64,000 bases of DNA, taken from positions 35,860-99,859 of the forward strand of contig CALRAD010000001.1 of the NCBI GenBank assembly GCA_943350395.1. The letters run 5' to 3'. A program made the translations under genes and the position numbers. A model generated the notes under the pieces. The model saw only the letters and a program-made list of their open reading frames with translations. It ran no database searches and had not been told where the DNA came from. The DNA is from Candidatus Peribacteria bacterium. GTDB lineage: Bacteria; Patescibacteriota; Gracilibacteria; Peribacterales; Peribacteraceae. This document shows, piece after piece, positions 48,939-55,684 of the stretch; within the stretch, counting starts at the first letter, position 1; each line of letters starts with the position of its first letter.

Positions 48939-48976
48939 CCCCACTTCGCTCCTGAGGGAGCTACGAGGGGCAAGAG
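48939..48976. repeat. Family-2 short repeat, copy 1 (inverted relative to copy 2)
   Basis: CCCCACTTCGCTCCTGAGGGAGCTACGAGGGGCAAGAG, lying 24-61 nt upstream of the rpoC ATG. Confidence 0.7.
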
Positions 48977-49099
48977 ATAAAAGTATCAACGGGAGCAGGC
49001 ATTCTGCCTGCGTGTATGCGAATATGTTCACACACGAAGGAATGAAGCGCCGACCGGTGCGTTCGTCTGAAACGCTGGAGGCACTCCGATGATGGGCAG

Positions 49100-49127
49100 A
49101 TCATAGCGATAAAAACGCCATCGTAAA
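49100..49127 (-). promoter_or_regulatory. Putative rpoC promoter
   Basis: Minus strand TTTACG-16 nt-TATGAT. It would give a ~180-nt leader. Confidence 0.25.
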
Positions 49128-49134
49128 GTTATTA

Positions 49135-49155
49135 TTGAACACTAAAATTGTTCAA
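49135..49155. promoter_or_regulatory. Operator-like inverted repeat TTGAACA-N7-TGTTCAA
   Basis: Perfect 7-bp arms (8 bp with the flanking A/T), located just upstream of the putative -35 of rpoC. Confidence 0.35.
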
Positions 49156-49170
49156 TTATCGATTACCCGC

Positions 49171-49193
49171 AGCTGAGACGCAGCGTCTCAGCT
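49171..49193. repeat. Perfect 11-bp-arm palindrome overlapping the stop codon of the zinc-ribbon ORF
   Basis: AGCTGAGACGC-a-GCGTCTCAGCT. No T tract follows it on the minus strand. Confidence 0.6.
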
Positions 49194-49550
49194 CCGAGGC
49201 GCATCCATCGTACCGAACATCTTCTCGAACGATCCATCGTAGGACTTGAGTGCGGAGCGGAGTGTTGTCATCTCATCTTCACTGAGGGACAAGGTCGACG
49301 ATGCATTGAGCATGGCACTACGAGTGTCTGCCGGAGACTCGATCTTATTTTGCTCTGTGAGATTCACATGCAACACGATGAACGCAGAGCAACTCTCGCA
49401 CTTGAGTTGCAGCAGCATGAAATCATCTCCGGTCAGTTTGACGGAGGGAAAATCGACACTGATATTCGTGCCGCATTGCGGACAGCGCATTTGCTCTCTG
49501 ATACGAGTGAGAATCTGATGTAGGGAATGAGGATTCACTTCCATGATCAT
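49188..49550 (-). CDS. Hypothetical zinc-ribbon protein
   Basis: 120-aa ORF with CPQCG...(24 aa)...CESC. Confidence 0.45.
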   Translation of the reverse strand: MIMEVNPHSLHQILTRIREQMRCPQCGTNISVDFPSVKLTGDDFMLLQLKCESCSAFIVLHVNLTEQNKIESPADTRSAMLNASSTLSLSEDEMTTLRSALKSYDGSFEKMFGTMDAPRS

Positions 49551-49657
49551 TATTCTACTAGAAAAATAGGAAATTTGTCAGATTCTTAGACCCCAGTTTC
49601 GAATTCCTTCAATGCGACCTTTCGATCTGGAAAAAAACTCACGCTACGATATGTGCC

Positions 49658-50329
49658 ATGCCAGCGAAGAAAAAAATAACAGGCGATGATGTGCGAATCT
49701 CAAAGAAGCCGAAAACAAAAAAGCTTGCGAGAGCGGTGACTACCGCAAAGCGAAGTAGTGTAAGCAAGATCGTTCCGATGCGAGCAGAAAAAACAAAACG
49801 TGAATGGCATCTCGGGATGCATCTCCTCATCGCGGGTTCCGCGATCGGGCTGCTCATGCTCCTTGGCATTGTAGATCGGGTGACGTTTTCGACACTCCGG
49901 AGTGGCGCTTCGCAGTCTATGCCGCTCACGATCGGGCTCGAACACAAAAACCCTCTCACGCTCTCCCTCGTCATCGCACGCAAGAGCGAAATCGGATACG
50001 TGTCGATTCTGAGCGGCTCCGATGAGCAGATCCGCATCTCTGTTCCGTCGACATGGAAGCGAATAGAAGTGAGCGGCGCACCACTCTCTGCATTCATACA
50101 GGATATTCCCGTCATCGGATACACACGGTGGACACTGCCGCCCGGTGCCGGCATCAAGATGACTCTCGATAACGTGCCGACTGCTCTCTTTTTCGAGAGC
50201 CCATCGGAGTCCACCACAGAGATCGATCTGCAAACAATAGACCTGGACGGTTCCGTAGGAACAGAAAAACGCGTTATCCTCCTCAAAGATAAGGCACTTG
50301 CAAGGTTGTGGGGAAGTGAAGAAGAGTGA
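49658..50329 (+). CDS. Hypothetical single-pass membrane protein with a basic N-terminus
   Basis: K-rich N-terminus, then the TM segment LGMHLLIAGSAIGLLMLLGIV. GTGA/ATG coupling to the next gene. The antisense 302-aa ORF is judged spurious. Confidence 0.45.
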   Translation: MPAKKKITGDDVRISKKPKTKKLARAVTTAKRSSVSKIVPMRAEKTKREWHLGMHLLIAGSAIGLLMLLGIVDRVTFSTLRSGASQSMPLTIGLEHKNPLTLSLVIARKSEIGYVSILSGSDEQIRISVPSTWKRIEVSGAPLSAFIQDIPVIGYTRWTLPPGAGIKMTLDNVPTALFFESPSESTTEIDLQTIDLDGSVGTEKRVILLKDKALARLWGSEEE

Positions 50330-51081
50330 ACTATACTCGGTGCATGTTCATCCTCCCCATCCGCACCGATCTTCTTCGGGCAGGTTCCAATCTGACGTCC
50401 GAACTTCTGAGGAACGTCACACTGCAACCGGATGACATCGTCATCATTTCGTCGAAAGCGATAGCAACTGCCGAAGGAGCAGCAATGAAACTGCAAGACG
50501 CAATCCCCTCTGCGGAAGCAATAAAGTATGCAAAGCTCTGCAATCAAGATCCACGATTCACGGAATGCATACTTCGGGAAATGAAACGAATGAACGGAAT
50601 CGTCGCAAACGCAAGACCGTACGTGCTTCTCACTTCACTCAAGCCAAGCGGCATGCACAAAGGAAGAATTCTGTGTCCGAATGCAGGGCTTGACCTGTCA
50701 AATACGGACGCAGGTTCTGCAATCGGCTGGCCTCTTGACCCTGTCCGATCAGCACAAAAACTTCGAGAGTCTCTCGGGGTTCCTGTCATTATTTCCGACT
50801 CCTGCAGCAGACCGTCTCGTCTCGGTGTCACTGCATTCGCACTCGTATGCGCCGGGATCGATCCACTTCGAAGCGAAGTAGGCAATGCCGATCTCTTCGG
50901 AAAAAAAATGCTTGTGACGGTCGAGGCGATTGCCGATCAGCTTGCGACTGCAGCAAATGCCGTCATGGGTAATACGGCACAGTGCATTCCTGCAGCGATC
51001 ATCAGAAATCACGGAGTCCCGACATCGGACTTCTGCGGTTGGGTGGAGGGAATAGAGGAGGAAGAGGATATGTTCAGCTAA
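50326..51081 (+). CDS. CofE-like (F420-0:gamma-glutamyl ligase family) protein
   Basis: IVIISSKAIATAEG, LCPNAGLDLSN, ISDSCSRPSRLGVTAFAL and VEAIADQLATAANAVMGN. The start is GTG 50326 (GTGA overlap) or ATG 50344. Confidence 0.7.
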   Translation: MNYTRCMFILPIRTDLLRAGSNLTSELLRNVTLQPDDIVIISSKAIATAEGAAMKLQDAIPSAEAIKYAKLCNQDPRFTECILREMKRMNGIVANARPYVLLTSLKPSGMHKGRILCPNAGLDLSNTDAGSAIGWPLDPVRSAQKLRESLGVPVIISDSCSRPSRLGVTAFALVCAGIDPLRSEVGNADLFGKKMLVTVEAIADQLATAANAVMGNTAQCIPAAIIRNHGVPTSDFCGWVEGIEEEEDMFS

Positions 51082-51176
51082 ATGTAGAATGTACAATGTA
51101 GAATGTAGAATTCTAAAGTATCTCCAAGATTTGTCTGCGCCATTCTTAATTCTACATTCTAAATTCTACATTTTTT
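51081..51176. repeat. Heptamer-array inverted repeat forming a long hairpin
   Basis: AATGTAG/AATGTAC occurs x4 in tandem (51081-51108). The reverse-complement heptamers ATTCTAC/ATTCTAA occur x3 (51149-51169). Positions 51086-51112 can pair with 51148-51174 (about 27 bp, 2 mismatches, one G-U pair). The element ends in T6 and stops 4 nt before the next ATG. Confidence 0.8.
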
Positions 51177-51179
51177 CGC

Positions 51180-51893
51180 ATGGTCACCCCGTTCTATTCC
51201 CTCACCTGTACAAAGAAAGAGCTAATTGCTCCAAACGTGTACGAACTGAGATTCGAAAAACCTGCGACGCTGCTCTTCAAACCCGGACAGTTTCTCCTGT
51301 TCAATGTGCCTCTGGTTGCAAATCCGGCAGACATCCAGCCGCGTGCCTGTTCGATCGCCTCGACTCCGGACGAACAAGATCTCCTCTTCGTCGTGAAACT
51401 GAAACAGGGCGGACGAATGAGTGAGTGGATCGAGAAGAGTCTCGCGGTCGGTTCGATCATCACGATGAAAGGTCCCTTCGGTCTCTTCCTCCTTCGACCG
51501 AACGACCACGACATTCTTTTTGCCGCAACGGGAGCCGGGATTGCACCATTCCGGTCGCAGATACTGCATTCACTGAATGCAGGAGAGACACGGACAATGC
51601 ATCTCTTCTTCGGAGTACGAAACATCGAGGATCTCTTCTGGCACAAAGAATTTGAATCACTTCAAGAACGCCACAATAATTTTCATCTGCATCTCTGTTT
51701 CAGTGGAGAGCACGCGAACGTATCAGGAGAAACAGGTCGAATACAAAAATTCTTGCCAAACTTCATCAAGAATACAGAAACCACGGATCTCTATGTCTGC
51801 GGTGCACCGGAGATGGTCGCGGATATCAAGAAGATGGGACTCGAAACGTTGGGTCTGCCGAAGCAGAATGTGCATGCAGAAGGATACATTTGA
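51180..51893 (+). CDS. Ferredoxin-NADP reductase-like FAD/NAD(P)-binding oxidoreductase
   Basis: RACSIAS (RxYS-type FAD motif), MKGPFG, FAATGAGIAPF and LYVCGAPEMV. Confidence 0.75.
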   Translation: MVTPFYSLTCTKKELIAPNVYELRFEKPATLLFKPGQFLLFNVPLVANPADIQPRACSIASTPDEQDLLFVVKLKQGGRMSEWIEKSLAVGSIITMKGPFGLFLLRPNDHDILFAATGAGIAPFRSQILHSLNAGETRTMHLFFGVRNIEDLFWHKEFESLQERHNNFHLHLCFSGEHANVSGETGRIQKFLPNFIKNTETTDLYVCGAPEMVADIKKMGLETLGLPKQNVHAEGYI

Positions 51894-52481
51894 TCAGAAC
51901 TTCATCTCTCCGCTTTCAATCATTTGAAGCGCTTTCGGGTACCACTCGCACTCGAGAGCCTGCACGCGCACCTTGAGCGTGTCATGCGTATCCCCTGGCA
52001 TTACTGAACACTTTTTTTGTACAAGTATTGTGCCTGTATCTACGCCTTCATCGATCAGGTGAATCGTCATCCCCGACTCTCTGTCTCCTGCCTCAAGCAC
52101 GAGATCATGTGCCTTCGCACCCGGGTACTTCGGAAGCAATGCCGGATGAACATTGATAATTCTATTTTTCCACGCACGAACAAACCACGGGGAGAGAATG
52201 AACATCCAACCCATACATGCGAGGAGTGGTTTTAAGTCAGGAGAACAAAGAGCTTGAATCGCAGCATTCAGTCGCTTGTCATACGCCTCTCGATCTTCGC
52301 CTTCTCTCTTCTCGATCACACTCACAGGGATCTTATATTTGTTTGCATGTTCAATACATCCTCGATCAGTTCTGTCCGTGATCAGCCCAAGACATTTCGC
52401 ATGAAGCGATCCGTCAGAAATTCTCTCCAAAACGGCTTTGAAGACGGTGCCTTTTGAAGAACTGAGGACGATGAAGTTCAT
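51894..52481 (-). CDS. purN: Phosphoribosylglycinamide formyltransferase
   Basis: RIINVHPALLPKYPG, SGMTIHLIDEGVDTG and a length of 195 aa. Confidence 0.75.
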   Translation of the reverse strand: MNFIVLSSSKGTVFKAVLERISDGSLHAKCLGLITDRTDRGCIEHANKYKIPVSVIEKREGEDREAYDKRLNAAIQALCSPDLKPLLACMGWMFILSPWFVRAWKNRIINVHPALLPKYPGAKAHDLVLEAGDRESGMTIHLIDEGVDTGTILVQKKCSVMPGDTHDTLKVRVQALECEWYPKALQMIESGEMKF

Positions 52482-52506
52482 AGGGAGAGGATAGCATATG
52501 AGCAGT

Positions 52507-52691
52507 CCTCATCCCCTAGCCCCTTCTCCGGTCCTCTCTCGGCCCTGCGGGGCCACTCTCTCCGCTGAGGCGGAGAAAGAAAGCGGATAAGTTTTTTCCT
52601 GGAGAAGGGGGAGCCCGTGCATTTCTCAATACATGACTTCCTCTCTCCAGTCGATGGAGAGAGGTGCCCCGCTCGGCGGGGAGGAGTGAGG
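52507..52691. repeat. GC-rich palindromic MITE/REP-like element, family 1, copy B
   Basis: The left end CCTCATCCCCTAGCCCCTTCTCC is near-identical to copy A, and it shares the internal GGAGAAGGGGGAGCCC. Hairpins: TCTCCGC-tgag-GCGGAGA, CTCTCTCCA-gtcga-TGGAGAGAG, CCCCGC-tcg-GCGGGG. Right end GGGGAGGAGTGAGG. Confidence 0.75.
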
Positions 52692-52695
52692 ACCG

Positions 52696-53811
52696 TCAGA
52701 GAATCTTCAAAAATTCATCAAACAAATAATTTGCATCCTCCGGTCCAGGCGTTGCTTCCGGATGAAACTGCACGGAGAAAAACTTTCCCGACTCATGACG
52801 TATGCCTTCGATCGTTTCATCGTTGGCGTTTGTGAACCATGTCTGCCAACCAACAGGAAGCTTCGTGCCGTCAACGGCAAAGCCATGATTTTGGCTCGTG
52901 ATAATGCATTTCTTCGTCGGCTTGCCATTCTCCCACAGCAGACACGGCTGGTTCACACCTCGATGACCGTACTTCAACTTGTAGGTGTCACCGCCGATCG
53001 CAAGTGCTAGAAGCTGGTTCCCAAGACAAATGCCAAACGTCGGGATCCCCTTCCCCAGTGCCCACTTAATTTGCTCGATCGTCTTATCACACTTCTTCGG
53101 ATCGCCGGGACCATTGCTGATGAAGAGTCCGTCGTATTTCAACGTCGACGTTGCGAGATCGTAATCCCACGGAACTCGATGCACCGTCACTCCCCTCTTC
53201 AGCCACGAGCGAAGAATATTTCGTTTGATACCACAGTCGTAGGCGATGATGCTCTTGATCGATCCCATCGGAAAATCTTCATTCCTGGGCTCGTAGGTCA
53301 CGACATCTCGTGAACTTACTTCGGCAACGAGATTCTCCTCATTCGGATCTTCGATGAGCTTCGCTTTCAGCTCATTGGTAATGACGTCATCCTGCACAAT
53401 GCGCCCGAGCATCACGCCGGTCTCTCGAAGCTTCTTCGTGAGTGCTCTCGTATCGATCCCCGAAATCCCGGGAATTTTGTGATGCACCATCCACTCATGT
53501 AATGAACTCACCGCCGTGAAATGACTGTAATCCCTGCTCTCACTGCTGACGATAATCCCACGCACGTGAATATCCTCGCTCTCGTAATTCTTCGAAAAAC
53601 CATACTCGTTCTTCTCCTCACTCGGCACGCCGTAATTGCCGATCAAGGGATATGTAAACGTGAGAATCTGCCCACGGTAACTGGGATCCGTCATCGACTC
53701 TGGATAGCCAGCCATGCCCGTGTTGAACACAACCTCCCCGTCGCTGTCGACCGCTGCTCCAAACGACTGACCACGGAACACCGTGCCGTCTTTAAGAATC
53801 AGGGTCGCCAT
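52696..53811 (-). CDS. carA: Carbamoyl-phosphate synthase small (glutaminase) subunit
   Basis: ATLILKDGTVFRGQSFGA, MTDPSYRGQILTFTYPLIGNYG, GICLGNQLLA and SQNHGFAV. The start is set at ATG 53811. Confidence 0.9.
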   Translation of the reverse strand: MATLILKDGTVFRGQSFGAAVDSDGEVVFNTGMAGYPESMTDPSYRGQILTFTYPLIGNYGVPSEEKNEYGFSKNYESEDIHVRGIIVSSESRDYSHFTAVSSLHEWMVHHKIPGISGIDTRALTKKLRETGVMLGRIVQDDVITNELKAKLIEDPNEENLVAEVSSRDVVTYEPRNEDFPMGSIKSIIAYDCGIKRNILRSWLKRGVTVHRVPWDYDLATSTLKYDGLFISNGPGDPKKCDKTIEQIKWALGKGIPTFGICLGNQLLALAIGGDTYKLKYGHRGVNQPCLLWENGKPTKKCIITSQNHGFAVDGTKLPVGWQTWFTNANDETIEGIRHESGKFFSVQFHPEATPGPEDANYLFDEFLKIL

Positions 53812-53842
53812 AGAAATCTGACGCATCCTATTGCACTCTGCT

Positions 53843-54139
53843 TCAAGCTGCAACCTTGTGTTCCAATCTGACGATCCGCCGACCGTGGTCATCCAAACGA
53901 TCTTGATGTTGCTGCACCTGATCCTTCTTGGCATCCAGCACATCAGCACGGAGATTCTCGATCAGAAATTCCGTGTGATCCATCATTCGTTTTTCGATTC
54001 CATGCACCTCTTCAAACACTTTACCCATCGTATCCATCAATAGAGCAATGTCCTTTTTTGTTGTCGAAGAAGCATCGTCTTTCTTCATAAGGAAGAGCCT
54101 ATCGCCAAGGTTCAAGAAATGCAAAGACTTTATCGTCAA
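53843..54139 (-). CDS. Hypothetical coiled-coil protein (last gene of the ORFan operon)
   Basis: 98-aa ORF with an ATGA overlap with the upstream ORF. No recognisable motif. Confidence 0.5.
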   Translation of the reverse strand: MTIKSLHFLNLGDRLFLMKKDDASSTTKKDIALLMDTMGKVFEEVHGIEKRMMDHTEFLIENLRADVLDAKKDQVQQHQDRLDDHGRRIVRLEHKVAA

Positions 54140-54468
54140 AATTTCTTCGAAATCGCATCCAATTTTTCCTGATCCACCGCTGCCGACTCCTGCTCTTTCT
54201 CACGCAAAGACTGCGTCTTCGCAGTTCTGGTAAATCCCTTCACCCCCGACTTGAACGCAAGAAACGCTTCCTCAAATTTCTTGTAGGCGACTGCGTACCG
54301 CTTCATTCTAGCTTCATGCTCAGTTGGAGTTTCTGCTGCATATTTGATATCGAGCAGCGGAATAGACGCAAGCAAAAGATCGGGCTCGATCTCTGCCATG
54401 AGAGAGTCGTAGATCTGCTTACTGATCTCATCTTGCTGCTGAATTGAAGGGGGGAGCGGGGTGGGCAT
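54136..54468 (-). CDS. Hypothetical protein
   Basis: 110-aa ORF, 11 nt downstream of the previous gene. Looks helical and charged. No recognisable motif. Confidence 0.5.
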   Translation of the reverse strand: MPTPLPPSIQQQDEISKQIYDSLMAEIEPDLLLASIPLLDIKYAAETPTEHEARMKRYAVAYKKFEEAFLAFKSGVKGFTRTAKTQSLREKEQESAAVDQEKLDAISKKF

Positions 54469-54479
54469 GGCAATAGAAA

Positions 54480-54842
54480 TTAGTGGTGACCTCCTCCGCT
54501 GGCACCGGCGGTTGCGAATAACGAGGAAGGCTTATTCAAGAGCTTGAAAATTGCAACTCTGAAAGTATCAATTGGCTGCACGATGGCTTTATCAATCCCC
54601 TGTGTAATCAAACCAATACCGTTATTCAAGCCTGCAATACCTGCCTCGGTTACACCGATAGGAAAATCAACTGCTGTTGCCGTCGTATGCTTCAGAAGAT
54701 CCCACGTTTTGCTGACTACTCCCGTTACATTATCGACAACCGTTTTCGATTCTGGAGAACGTCCGCTCCTCGGGCTGATGAAAGCATTGAAATTGCCCAT
54801 CAGTCCATCGGTTGCCGTTGAGGAAGTGTGAGCTGTGGACAT
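54480..54842 (-). CDS. Hypothetical protein ending in GGGHH
   Basis: 120-aa ORF. Gly/Ile-rich segment GVTEAGIAGLNNGIGLITQGI and C-terminus AGASGGGHH. Confidence 0.5.
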   Translation of the reverse strand: MSTAHTSSTATDGLMGNFNAFISPRSGRSPESKTVVDNVTGVVSKTWDLLKHTTATAVDFPIGVTEAGIAGLNNGIGLITQGIDKAIVQPIDTFRVAIFKLLNKPSSLFATAGASGGGHH

Positions 54843-54859
54843 AGAGAAAAATCTTACGA

Positions 54860-55672
54860 TTAGAGACCCGTCTTCGAGACAAGGAACTGAAGAAGCTTCA
54901 TGAGTCCTTCTGATACCTTAATTGACGTTCCAACAATTCCATTCGTATAGAAAGCACCTAAGCCAAGAACAGTCATTAAACCTACAGACTTGGGATGTGC
55001 TTTCAATGCATCGATATAATGAGACGGAAGTGACAAAATTCCAGAAATAAGTTTTTTTCCTCCACCGTAGACCTGCTCAAGAATGTTCTTAGTTTCACCG
55101 GGGGTCTCATGCAAGAGATCGTGAAGATGTTCATTGGTGAATTGCCCTACTCTGTGCAAAGTATTCACTGTTCCCTTTGCAACATTCAGCCCTGCAGTCA
55201 TTCCCAATTTCGGAAGATATGTTGCAGTTTCCCATACACTTCGCACGCCTTCCTTGGCAGCTCCTCCAACTGCACGCACACCTTTATCCAGGAGCGAGAA
55301 ACCGGGGATTTTCTTCAAGACTTTGTTCCAACCGAAATCCGCAACCTTCGCAGTGCCTGCAACAACGGTTGTCACAACAGGATTGACTACAAATGCTGTC
55401 GTGAGTGCTGCTTTTCCTAATGTACCTCCGGATGGGACATCTGGCAGCTTTGAATAGGATAAAAGTGGCTTATATTCGGTTACAATGCCATGAATCTCTG
55501 CATCGCCTCCCTTATGTATTTCATGACCGACCGCCGCATGTACTTTGTCGTGCGTATCTTTCGCTCCGCCTTCCACCTTGGCCTTCGCTTTGGCGTCGGT
55601 CTCGCCGGCGGCTTTGTGGCCATGTTCGGCGTGTGCCTTTGGTGCCTCTGGGGGTGCGGATGGGTGTGACAT
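54860..55672 (-). CDS. Hypothetical membrane-associated protein with a His-rich N-terminus
   Basis: 270 aa. The N-terminal ~64 aa read HAEHGHKAAG...HDKVHAAVGHEIHKGGDAEIHG. Hydrophobic stretches: AALTTAFVVNPVVTTVVAG and VGLMTVLGLGAFYTNGIVG. Confidence 0.55.
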   Translation of the reverse strand: MSHPSAPPEAPKAHAEHGHKAAGETDAKAKAKVEGGAKDTHDKVHAAVGHEIHKGGDAEIHGIVTEYKPLLSYSKLPDVPSGGTLGKAALTTAFVVNPVVTTVVAGTAKVADFGWNKVLKKIPGFSLLDKGVRAVGGAAKEGVRSVWETATYLPKLGMTAGLNVAKGTVNTLHRVGQFTNEHLHDLLHETPGETKNILEQVYGGGKKLISGILSLPSHYIDALKAHPKSVGLMTVLGLGAFYTNGIVGTSIKVSEGLMKLLQFLVSKTGL

Positions 55673-55684
55673 AGAATTGCGAAA

